A stretch of 63,561 nucleotides of DNA, filler included, from Octopus bimaculoides (taxonomy: Eukaryota): assembly GCF_001194135.2 (NCBI RefSeq). It is 7 parts of 7 records of this genome, joined end to end, with 100 filler letters (N's around TTAATTAATTAA, not from the genome) between each part and the next. Parts side by side here need not be neighbours in the genome. Positions count along the whole stretch, not along the records: positions 11,260 to 25,323 come from NC_068993.1; positions 25,424 to 42,408 come from NC_069003.1; 5 more parts are not named here. The stretch is one strand, 5' to 3'. Both the position numbers and the translations under genes were made by a program. The notes beneath the pieces are model-generated. The model saw nothing but the letters and a program-made list of their open reading frames with translations. It did no database searches and was not told where the DNA came from. Below are positions 24,476 through 35,515 of the stretch, one piece after another (positions within the stretch are counted from its first letter, which is position 1; every line of letters starts with the position of its first letter).

Positions 24476-25460
24476 TGTTTGAGAAAGCACGGAGTTTATT
24501 TCGGCAACAATCTCGGCAGATGGATGACAATATTCCATGTGATGTGTAATGCTTGTCATATTGGTGCCACTGAAAACATCATATATTCTGTGATCCCTGG
24601 GTGCTACCGCTACTGGCGTTTGTGGTGGCGCTAGTGCTGCTGCTGCTGCGGTTGCTGCTGTTGCTGCTAGTACTATAAGGACAATTATTGTAGAAATGTA
24701 TTTATAATTGAAATTCAGTTTTGGTTAAGAATCGTTTGCAGCATGCTATGCCAAAATGGTCTCGCTTGTATTGGGAAATTCTCATTTATTATTTGCAAAA
24801 TTTATTGCAGATTTATTGTGTATTCCTTAGATTTAAAATTCTTTTTCTGTGAAATGGGTACAAGATGTAATTAGCAGATAAAACTAGACTGGATACATTT
24901 GCCATTGAGTTCAGCAAAAGAAATTTGTCAAATTGGCATTTGTACTAAATAGCTAAAATGATCAATATTTACTGCTAAATATTAGAATATACAATAGTAA
25001 GTAACTAGAATGTCTGAAAAGCCGCAATCTCAACATCAGTTCCATATATCTTAATCTCAGTATCATACATGTTCATATGCATGTATGTATGTATGAATGT
25101 ATTTATGTATGTGTGTATGTATGTATGTATGTATGTATGTATGTATGAACGCATAGAGAGAGAGTTAGACAGATAGATATACATATATATAATATATGAT
25201 ATATCACTATATATATAGATTGATATAGAGATATATAAATATATATACGCACATGTGCATATGTTTATATATGTATTTATAATTGTATATATGTAGGCAT
25301 ATATATATATATATATATATATANNNNNNNNNNNNNNNNNNNNNNNNNNNNNNNNNNNNNNNNNNNNTTAATTAATTAANNNNNNNNNNNNNNNNNNNNN
25401 NNNNNNNNNNNNNNNNNNNNNNNTATGTATATATATATATGTATATATATATATGTATAT

Positions 25461-25878
25461 ATCAATGAGACGGACGACAGATTGTATATATGAGAATCTT
25501 TATTGGTCACCACAATCGTTTCGACCCATTGAAAAGATTATTACATATATGTGATACTTTTTTCACTTCTTTGTCTATTTGTTTCTTTTTTATCTGAATG
25601 TTGTTGTTGATCTTCTACAAGAATGAAGCAATATCCGTCAATTTCTCATTTCTATTTACGAGGCCCACGAAGTAATCATTCAGTAACAAGTTGTGCGAAA
25701 CAGAGTTTATTTTAACGAGATACCTCTTGGAATCACCTGAGGAGACACATCTACACAGAGGGATACACCTAAACCAGTTGTGCAGTATCCCACCCGCGAG
25801 GGATCGATGCTAGATGGGTTGAAATGATTGCATTGATCAGTATTCTCATATATTCCATGTTCCGTCTCTCTCATTGAT
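25461..25878 (+). mobile_element. Non-coding element with hammerhead-like core and an inverted copy of its 3' end at the 5' side
   Basis: Imperfect inverted arms 25461-25529 and 25814-25878; CTGAGGA at 25737-25743; stem gacacatcta/tagatgggtt; GAAA at 25821-25824. Confidence 0.6.
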
Positions 25879-25984
25879 TACATACCCAACGAACACTGGG
25901 CCAGTGAACGTGCTTTACCGGCAAACTATCAGGGGTATACAATACGATTTATTAAATACTAACTATTTATATATGTATACATAT

Positions 25985-26156
25985 AGGCGCAGGAGTAGCT
26001 GTGTGGTAAGTAGCTTGCTTACCAACCACATGGTTCCTGGTTCAGTCCCACTGCGTGGCACCTTGGGCAAGTGTCTTCTACTATAGCCTCGGGCCGACCA
26101 AAACCTTGTGAGTGGATTTGGTAGACGGAAATTGAAAGAAGCTCGTCGTATATATG

Positions 26157-26187
<31 letters not shown>

Positions 26188-26344
26188 TTGTGTGCCTGTG
26201 TTTGTCTCCCCACCATCGCTTGACAACCGATGTTGGTGTGTTTATGTCCCCGTAACTTAGCGGCTCGGCAAAATAGACCGATAGAATAAGTACTAGGCTT
26301 ACAAAGAATAAGTCCTGGGGTCGATTTGTTCGACTAAAGGCAGT
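25985..26344 (+). mobile_element. SINE family B, young copy truncated by a gap (best in-window reference)
   Basis: aggcgcaggagtagctgtgtggtaag (A-box), ggttcagtcccactgcgtggcaccttgggcaagtgtcttctactatagcc, internal (TA)n, ..ggggtcgatttgttcgactaaaggc. Confidence 0.95.
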
Positions 26345-27185
26345 NNNNNNNNNNNNNNNNNNNNNNNNNNNNNNNNNNNNNNNNNNNNNNNNNNNNNNNN
26401 NNNNNNNNNNNNNNNNNNNNNNNNNNNNNNNNNNNNNNNNNNNNNNNNNNNNNNNNNNNNNNNNNNNNNNNNNNNNNNNNNNNNNNNNNNNNNNNNNNNN
26501 NNNNNNNNNNNNNNNNNNNNNNNNNNNNNNNNNNNNNNNNNNNNNNNNNNNNNNNNNNNNNNNNNNNNNNNNNNNNNNNNNNNNNNNNNNNNNNNNNNNN
26601 NNNNNNNNNNNNNNNNNNNNNNNNNNNNNNNNNNNNNNNNNNNNNNNNNNNNNNNNNNNNNNNNNNNNNNNNNNNNNNNNNNNNNNNNNNNNNNNNNNNN
26701 NNNNNNNNNNNNNNNNNNNNNNNNNNNNNNNNNNNNNNNNNNNNNNNNNNNNNNNNNNNNNNNNNNNNNNNNNNNNNNNNNNNNNNNNNNNNNNNNNNNN
26801 NNNNNNNNNNNNNNNNNNNNNNNNNNNNNNNNNNNNNNNNNNNNNNNNNNNNNNNNNNNNNNNNNNNNNNNNNNNNNNNNNNNNNNNNNNNNNNNNNNNN
26901 NNNNNNNNNNNNNNNNNNNNNNNNNNNNNNNNNNNNNNNNNNNNNNNNNNNNNNNNNNNNNNNNNNNNNNNNNNNNNNNNNNNNNNNNNNNNNNNNNNNN
27001 NNNNNNNNNNNNNNNNNNNNNNNNNNNNNNNNNNNNNNNNNNNNNNNNNNNNNNNNNNNNNNNNNNNNNNNNNNNNNNNNNNNNNNNNNNNNNNNNNNNN
27101 NNNNNNNNNNNNNNNNNNNNNNNNNNNNNNNNNNNNNNNNNNNNNNNNNNNNNNATCATCATCATCATCATCCCAATCGCCCGAC

Positions 27186-27310
27186 TGCACGTTCTGAGTT
27201 CAAATTCCGCCGAGGTCGGCTTTGCCTTTCATCCTTTCGGGGTCAATAAGATAAGTACCAGTTGGACACTAGGGTCAATATGTTCGACTACACCCTACCC
27301 ACTTCCAGAT
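27186..27310 (+). mobile_element. SINE family A, 5'-truncated
   Basis: acgttctgagttcaaattccgccgaggtcggctttgcctttcatcctttcggggtcaataagataagtaccagtt. Confidence 0.9.
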
Positions 27311-27407
27311 AGAACTTGCTTTTTATATTGTGTCCACGTACAAGCATTTTATCTCTCTCTATATTTTATATATATATATTTTGCATATATATATATATAT
27401 GTTTTAC

Positions 27408-27459
<52 letters not shown>

Positions 27460-28816
27460 CTATATTTTATTTTTATTGTTTTTTTTTAATATTTTTACCC
27501 ATTTTTTCTGTATTTTACCTTTCACCCTGCATTTTTCTTGTGCATGTGCGTATATAGACGTGTATAGGAACTGTTTTGTGCGCGTATGGGTATACACACG
27601 TGTGTGTTTGTGTGCGTGTATGCGGGTATGTATATATGTACATGTATATGTAGATGTACATGCATGGTTCCATATATATGTGGGTGTACATGCGAGTGTT
27701 TCACGCGAGTGTGAGTGAGCATATGCATATGTACGTATTTTAGAAGTGTATTTGACTATAATTGTGCGCATATGGGTATGTGCACGTGTGTGTGTGTGTG
27801 CGCGCGCGTGTGTGTGCGAATATGCATACGTGTATATGCATAGTTACATGTATATGTGTGCATATGTAGGCGCATGAGTGGATGTGCATGTATGTGTTTC
27901 TCCGCGAGTGTGAGTGAGCATGCGCATAGAGGCACATGTACGTGGGTGTGCGTGCGCGCTGGTTTATGCATGTACATGCGCGCTTACACGATTTCTATGA
28001 GCATTTTTACTTCCTTATTTGTTTACTTTCTCCCCTTCGGTTTTTCCCCTTTATTTAACGGTCATTCTAATAGCTCTTTTGTCTTAATAACGGTCAACTA
28101 CATAGTAATTACCCTTTGTTTAACGGTCATTCTTATAGCATATTTTGATTGCCTCGATAACTCTAAGAGATGCCATAGCAGGTTTCCGTCCCAACAACCA
28201 AAACTCGGAGTCGTATTATGGCAACTGAATAATTGTCACATATTATATTACAGATATATNNNNNNNNNNNNNNNNNNNNNNNNNNNNNNNNNNNNNNNNN
28301 NNNNNNNNNNNNNNNNNNNNNNNNNNNNNNNNNNNNNNNNNNNNNNNNNNNNNNNNNNNNNNNNNNNNNNNNNNNNNNNNNNNNNNNNNNNNNNNNNNNN
28401 NNNNNNNNNNNNNNNNNNNNNNNNNNNNNNNNNNNNNNNNNNNNNNNNNNNNNNNNNNNNNNNNNNNNNNNNNNNNNNNNNNNNNNNNNNNNNNNNNNNN
28501 NNNNNNNNNNNNNNNNNNNNNNNNNNNNNNNNNNNNNNNNNNNNNNNNNNNNNNNNNNNNNNNNNNNNNNNNNNNNNNNNNNNNNNNNNNNNNNNNNNNN
28601 NNNNNNNNNNNNNNNNNNNNNNNNNNNNNNNNNNNNNNNNNNNNNNNNNNNNNNNNNNNNNNNNNNNNNNNNNNNNNNNNNNNNNNNNNNNNNNNNNNNN
28701 NNNNNNNNNNNNNNNNNNNNNNNNNNNNNNNNNNNNNNNNNNNNNNNNNNNNNNNNNNNNNNNNNNNNNNNNNNNNNNNNNNNNNNNNNNNNNNNNNNNN
28801 NNNNNNNNNNNNNNTA

Positions 28817-29756
28817 TATGATGGCCGTCCACTCGTGACCGAGGAAGACCTTCAGGAACATTGTGCGCTCTACGACTAATTTATATTTTGCATTTGCGGC
28901 TCCGTTGGTGGCTAATGAGCCCTGCTCTTGACAAGCATACACGACTGCAAACATTGCAGACCAAGCTTTCCCCATTCACTATACGAGCCGTGCTCCTTGG
29001 CGCAGCTCGCTTAAGTTCTTCATGCTGGATACGTGCTCTCTCAAAAGTGTCGATCCCCTCCTTAACCTGCTTCCTCCATCTGTGGCGATGACAGGCATTG
29101 TTCTCCCAGTCAGTGTCCTGCATATCTCAGACCTTTAATGAGGACTTGACACTGTCCTTAAATCGCAGCCTTGGTTTCTGCTGGAGTCTCCTTCCATTCA
29201 CAAGTTATGCATAGAGCATCTGCTTAGGAATCCTGCTATCCTTCATTCTAATAAAGTGTCCAGTCCAACGTAACCGGTGCTTGTACACCATTGCCTCAAT
29301 ACTCAAGATATCAGTTGTCCTCAGAACTTGTGTGTCTGGAAATTTTGAGGTCCAGCCAACATTGAGGATGTGTCTGAGACATCTCTGATGAAAGCGTTCA
29401 AGGACTCTTACCTGACGTTTGTACAGATTCCATGTTTCGAACGAGTAGAGGAGCGATGTCAGTACACATGCACTGTGCACAGCAACTTTTGTTTGCCTTG
29501 CTATGCCATGCTGGGACCAGACACGAGACTGAAGAGACCGGAAGGAATTAGTTGCTCTCTGCAACCTGAAAGATATTTCCTCATCCAGGGAGCAAGAACG
29601 ACTGCGTGTGCTGCCCAGGTAGACAAACTTGTCTACGACCTTCAGAATTGTTCCTTCAACCAAGATAGCTGGTTCCATATATGGATTTCCTGGTGTAGGC
29701 TGAAACATTACAACAGTCTTGTCCAGGCTAATGCTGAGTCCAAATGCCTTGCAAGA
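28817..29756 (-). mobile_element. RTE-clade LINE: ORF C-terminal third, zinc finger and 3' UTR
   Basis: FGLSISLDKTVVM..DKFVYLGS..LLYSFETW..ERFHQRCLRHIL..RLRWTGHFIRMKDSRIPKQMLY (RTE signature), then CNVCSRVCLSRAGLISHQR (C2H2-like), and 3' UTR ttcctcggtcacgagtggacggccatcat; 5' side lost in the gap at 29757. Confidence 0.95.
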
Positions 29757-30919
29757 NNNNNNNNNNNNNNNNNNNNNNNNNNNNNNNNNNNNNNNNNNNN
29801 NNNNNNNNNNNNNNNNNNNNNNNNNNNNNNNNNNNNNNNNNNNNNNNNNNNNNNNNNNNNNNNNNNNNNNNNNNNNNNNNNNNNNNNNNNNNNNNNNNNN
29901 NNNNNNNNNNNNNNNNNNNNNNNNNNNNNNNNNNNNNNNNNNNNNNNNNNNNNNNNNNNNNNNNNNNNNNNNNNNNNNNNNNNNNNNNNNNNNNNNNNNN
30001 NNNNNNNNNNNNNNNNNNNNNNNNNNNNNNNNNNNNNNNNNNNNNNNNNNNNNNNNNNNNNNNNNNNNNNNNNNNNNNNNNNNNNNNNNNNNNNNNNNNN
30101 NNNNNNNNNNNNNNNNNNNNNNNNNNNNNNNNNNNNNNNNNNNNNNNNNNNNNNNNNNNNNNNNNNNNNNNNNNNNNNNNNNNNNNNNNNNNNNNNNNNN
30201 NNNNNNNNNNNNNNNNNNNNNNNNNNNNNNNNNNNNNNNNNNNNNNNNNNNNNNNNNNNNNNNNNNNNNNNNNNNNNNNNNNNNNNNNNNNNNNNNNNNN
30301 NNNNNNNNNNNNNNNNNNNNNNNNNNNNNNNNNNNNNNNNNNNNNNNNNNNNNNNNNNNNNNNNNNNNNNNNNNNNNNNNNNNNNNNNNNNNNNNNNNNN
30401 NNNNNNNNNNNNNNNNNNNNNNNNNNNNNNNNNNNNNNNNNNNNNNNNNNNNNNNNNNNNNNNNNNNNNNNNNNNNNNNNNNNNNNNNNNNNNNNNNNNN
30501 NNNTATATATATATATATATATATACGTACATACGTGTATGTATATAGATAGATAGATATAGACATAAATATATATGTACACGTACACACAAACACATAG
30601 ATGTGTGTATGCATATATACGTGTATATATATTCTTATTTTTCTGCCTTTATATGTTGTTTTCATATATATATTTTGTTTTATTCTACATTTTTGCGTAT
30701 TGGCTTTTATTGTTCTAATTTTTTAGAATATTTCTTTTATTGTTTATTTCTGAATGGTTTTCTTGTTATACGATCGTAGTTTATTTTGGGAATTTGTTTT
30801 TTATTTAACTTTTGAGCGTCATAATACATCCTATGTCTTGTACAAATGGACATGTGTATAGCTATGTATGTATATATACAAACACTACAACACATATAAA
30901 GATTAACGCCAATATATTT

Positions 30920-30950
<31 letters not shown>

Positions 30951-31238
30951 CTGTGTATGTTTGTACGTATGTATCTATGTATCTATGTATGTATGTGTGT
31001 AAGTATGTGTATGTGTATATATATATATATATATATAATAGAAATATGTTGCAAAAACAAAATAGAAACTACACGTGGAATTATAAAGAGAGAGTAAGAA
31101 GAAAAATAAGCCAAAATGCAGATTGGAAATCAAAAAAAGTAAAGACTTTTAATGAAAAGTAACGATAGATATATACAATTAAATGAACTGAGGCAGAAAT
31201 AAAAGTAATAAAAATCATTATTGTGAGTTGTTAAAGAG

Positions 31239-31286
31239 ATTCAAAAGCATACCGGTTTCGAAAAGTTACTGATCATTGCTTTGAAT
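31239..31286 (-). ncRNA. Degenerate minimal hammerhead in the PLE 3' end
   Basis: Minus strand attcaaagca-ATGA-tcagtaactttt-CGAAACCGGTA-tgcttttgaat: stem I arms and palindromic ACCGGT retained, CUGA part of the core missing. Confidence 0.55.
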
Positions 31287-32710
31287 GCACACCGATTACT
31301 GAACGGTGTCAGGTCTACTAGTCCCTGAGTAAAAAGATTATGTGTAAGGGAGGTAAGTAGTTCTGGATTTGGTGCAATTAGGGTAGGTATAGATCTGTAA
31401 TGTGAATGGTGTATGGGGGTTAGTGGTATTAATTGAAAGGTTAGTAGTGTTCTGTATTATGTTGTGTTCAGATTTAGTTGTGGAAGATATTTATTGATGA
31501 AAGTTGCCTCTTTATTTATTCTTTGTTGTATTGAGGTGTTCTGTGAACATTGATAGAAGGGAAAATTAGGAAATTAGGATTAAGATTCCTCGCACACCTT
31601 TCTATGTGTCCACTGACCTGTATCTGTCTGTATTGTGGGTGGCGGATTTGTTCTTTGTGGAGAGTGGTTCTTCGACGGAGTGATATTCCTGTTTAGCCAA
31701 TATAATTATTATCACACCCTAAGCATGTAATGGCATAGATTAGCTTTTCCGAGGTACAGGTGCAATTTGATTTAACCTTAAATATTTCACCTTGTATTAA
31801 GTGGAACTCTGAACCGTCCAAAAAGTGGAACCATGTACCACAGTTAGGTCGACCACATTTTTTTCACTTTTGGTTTTGTTGTTAATGGATATAGTCTTGC
31901 GCGGGTTTTCAATGATTTAGGTTTATTTCGATTTATTGTTTTCAATGATTTAGGTTGCATTTTGCTTTTGATAATTTTGTGTGAGCCTAAAATTTTGTTC
32001 ATTGTTTTATCTCCTGTGAGGATGGGTAGATTTCGGATGATAATGTTAAAGGATTCGTTGTTTCTAGGGTTATGTGTGGAGATGTATGGGAGTATTTTTA
32101 ACTCTGGTTTAGTATTTCAGTTGACTTCCCATAATGTTCGCATATCTATTTCATTAGCTCGTTTAATGCCACCATTTATTAATGATATTGGGTAATGTCT
32201 TTTCATTAGTATTGATCTGAGTTCAAGGAGTCTTCGTTCACGAGTATAGGTGTCCGAAACTATGGTACAGATTCTTTTCGCTAGATTATAAGGTATATTA
32301 ATTTGTATGTGTTTGGGGTGGCATGAGTTGAATAATAGGTATTATTTAGAATCTGTGTGTTTTTTGAAGATGTCTGTTTCGATGTGGCTATTGACTATTT
32401 TAATTGGGATGTCAAGAAAAGGGAGTTGTTTATTGCTGTGCTCCATGGTGCATTGTATGTTGCTATTAGTATTGTTAGGCATTATTTTGAAATCGAGGAG
32501 TTTGTCAATGGTATCTTTCCAAAGTATAAAGTAATCGTCCAAATACCTCTTCTAGTTCTCCTTTAAATAGCAATGAAATGAGGTGCCATATTTATGTAGT
32601 GATGATTGATATATTTTAAGCTATAGGTAACCCATTACAAGGTTCACAATAACTGGAGCACCTCGCGTTCCCATTGCAATTCCACATTTTTGTCGATAGT
32701 AAAATGTATA
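31239..32710 (-). mobile_element. Penelope-like element (RT C-terminal half + GIY-YIG endonuclease), decayed
   Basis: RQKCGIAMGTRGAP..NLVMGYL, KRYLDDYFILW, LPFLDI, YLLFNSCHPKH, KCGRPNCGT, LIYAITCLGCDNNYIG*TG..LHKEQIRH, ending KYLPQLNLNTT* near 31457; contains stops and frameshifts. Confidence 0.93.
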
Positions 32711-32983
32711 TACATATATATATATATATATATATANNNNNNNNNNNNNNNNNNNNNNNNNNNNNNNNNNNNNNNNNNNNNNNNNNNNNNNNNNNNNNNN
32801 NNNNNNNNNNNNNNNNNNNNNNNNNNNNNNNNNNNNNNNNNNNNNNNNNNNNNNNNNNNNNNNNNNNNNNNNNNNNNNNNNNNNNNNNNNNNNNNNNNNN
32901 NNNNNNNNNNNNNNNNNNNNNNNNNNNNNNNNNNNNNNNNNNNNNNNNNNNNNNNNNNNNNNNNNNNNNNNNNNNNATATATA

Positions 32984-33099
32984 CAGTGTACATTTAAACA
33001 CATTTACCATCTAACTTCCCTAAATAGTTAAATAACTATTCTTTCTAGCGTGCATGGAATCCTATGATGGATGCCTCTTATGTGTTTAAATGTACACTG
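32984..33099. mobile_element. 116-bp Tc1-type MITE
   Basis: Perfect 23-bp inverted repeat 32981-33003 / 33080-33102 including TA, with element ends CAGTG..CACTG. Confidence 0.8.
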
Positions 33100-33202
33100 T
33101 ATTTATATGAATAATAAATAGTCTATTGATTAAATTTTACACGCTAGGCCACTGGTAGTAGAAATTTCTAATATTTCTCATTACCCTTGATATTATTAAT
33201 TA

Positions 33203-33239
<37 letters not shown>

Positions 33240-33241
<2 letters not shown>

Positions 33242-33648
33242 TACTCTTTTACACTTTCACTTGTTTTAGTCATTTGAGTGTGGCCAAGCTGGGGCACCGG
33301 CTTTTAGTTGAAGAAATCGACTCCAGGACTAATTCTTTGTAGGCCTGGTGCTTATTCTATTGATCTCTTCTACCGAAACGATAAATTACGGGGACGTAAA
33401 CACACCAGTGTCGGTTGTCAGGTGATGGTGAGGGGACAAACACAGACACAAAAACACATAAATATATACATATATAAATATACACATATATACATTTCAG
33501 TTTCGGTCAACCAAATCCACTCACGTGCCTTTCGTCGGCCCAAGGCTATAGTGGAAGATACCTGCCTAAGGTACCACGCAGTGGGACTGAACCCGGAATC
33601 ATGTGGTTGGGAAGCAAGCTTCTTAGCACACAGCCACGCCCGCGCCTA
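33240..33648 (-). mobile_element. SINE family B, full length
   Basis: ttactcttttacactttcacttg..ggggacgtaaacacaccagtgtcggttgtca..cagtgggactgaacccgga..cacagccacgcccgcgcct. Confidence 0.9.
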
Positions 33649-33767
33649 TATATACATACATATATATGTGTGTGTGTGTGTGTGTATACGCATATAAATA
33701 TATATATATATATACAACTATATATAGATATATTTATATACATATACAAATATATATATATACATAC

Positions 33768-33822
<55 letters not shown>

Positions 33823-34458
33823 NNNNNNNNNNNNNNNNNNNNNNNNNNNNNNNNNNNNNNNNNNNNNNNNNNNNNNNNNNNNNNNNNNNNNNNNNNNNNN
33901 NNNNNNNNNNNNNNNNNNNNNNNNNNNNNNNNNNNNNNNNNNNNNNNNNNNNNNNNNNNNNNNNNNNNNNNNNNNNNNNNNNNNNNNNNNNNNNNNNNNN
34001 NNNNNNNNNNNNNNNNNNNNNNNNNNNNNNNNNNNNNNNNNNNNNNNNNNNNNNNNNNNNNNNNNNNNNNNNNNNNNNNNNNNNNNNNNNNNNNNNNNNN
34101 NNNNNNNNNNNNNNNNNNNNNNNNNNNNNNNNNNNNNNNNNNNNNNNNNNNNNNNNNNNNNNNNNNNNNNNNNNNNNNNNNNNNNNNNNNNNNNNNNNNN
34201 NNNNNNNNNNNNNNNNNNNNNNNNNNNNNNNNNNNNNNNNNNNNNNNNNNNNNNNNNNNNNNNNNNNNNNNNNNNNNNNNNNNNNNNNNNNNNNNNNNNN
34301 NNNNNNNNNNNNNNNNNNNNNNNNNNNNNNNNNNNNNNNNNNNNNNNNNNNNNNNNNNNNNNNNNNNNNNNNNNNNNNNNNNNNNNNNNNNNNNNNNNNN
34401 NNTTGTGTGTGTGTATACATATTATAAAGTAAACAGAAATCTAACAACAATCTAACAA

Positions 34459-34762
34459 CATGGGTGTTTTGCTCAACATCCTTAAACAAACCTTATTCAA
34501 GGACCTTTTGAGCGGGATGGGCTACTAGACCTGAAGAAAATTCTAACTGGGCCCCACCTGCGAGGTCATGCGCTGTTTATCTTGATATGAGATCACCATG
34601 TCACGCACATATGGCTGTGATGCATGTGCCTGGTGTACCCTTATCAGATGTGTAGTCATGATGGGTATATTGGGCTTCGTATGTTTTACCCCAGTGTCAC
34701 TTTGATGGCATGCACTGCTCTCTCACTGAATAATAATAATAATATTAATAATAATAATAATA
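34459..34762 (+). mobile_element. Family E (AAT-tailed element), 3' half
   Basis: catgggtgttt..gaccttttgagcgggatgggctact.gacctgaagaaaattctaactgggcccc..gcatgcactgctctctcactgaataataat; repeated at 35200-35314 + 36678-36835 and 37050-37335. Confidence 0.85.
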
Positions 34763-34844
34763 GATAGATAGAAGAGTTCTTTACTTTTGTATACGATTTT
34801 GTCAATCGTATACAAAAGTAAAGAACTCTGCTATCTATCTATTA
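34758..34844. repeat. 87-nt near-perfect palindrome (41-bp stem, 1 mismatch, 5-nt loop)
   Basis: taatagatagatagaagagttctttacttttgtatacgatt-ttgtc-aatcgtatacaaaagtaaagaactctgctatctatctatta. Confidence 0.95.
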
Positions 34845-34896
34845 CATTTCTGCTGAGTTACTTCGATCCTTTATATGAACTAATAATAATAATAAC

Positions 34897-34945
<49 letters not shown>

Positions 34946-34948
<3 letters not shown>

Positions 34949-35477
34949 GCCCTGATGCAGTACCAGGCAGTGACTCTCGTGGCTTTTGATCTTAATTGAT
35001 TGGAAGTTATCATGTACATTGTTTTGTCTTGGTATAAAAGATAAGCTACGGCAAATATTCTGTTCAATGCCATAGATTTGCTTATCAGTTGATTGTTGAT
35101 TGACGTTAACCAGTTGAGCATGTCCCTTAGGAGCTGACGATATGTGCATCCCTGATTACGAGCAGAATAGTAGTGGACCATCACAGCCTTCTGTTTCGTT
35201 CAGCATCCTTAAACAACCCTTATTATTAGACCTTTTGAGCAGGATGGGCTACTCGACCTGAAGAAAATGCTATCTGGACCCCACCTGCAAGGTCATACGC
35301 TGTTTATTTTGATAAAGAGCAGGAGTGACTGTGTTGTAAGTATCCTGCCTACCAACCACATGGTTCCGGGTACCGTCCCACTGCGTGGCACCTTGGGCAA
35401 ATGTCTTCTACTATAGCCTCGGGCCGACCAAAGCCTTGTGAGTGGATTTGGTAGACGGAAACTGAAAGAAGCCCGTC

Positions 35478-35515
<38 letters not shown>

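Noticed and set aside
28047-28139. CRISPR-like repeat/spacer appearance
   Set aside because: Only two 28-bp copies plus a partial one, eukaryotic context, and no cas genes.
34946-34990. CTGATG at the start of family E as a hammerhead or HDV ribozyme
   Set aside because: It reads CTGATGC rather than CUGANGA, has no downstream GAAA/stem II, and the tgccctg/caggca hairpin does not fit HDV topology.
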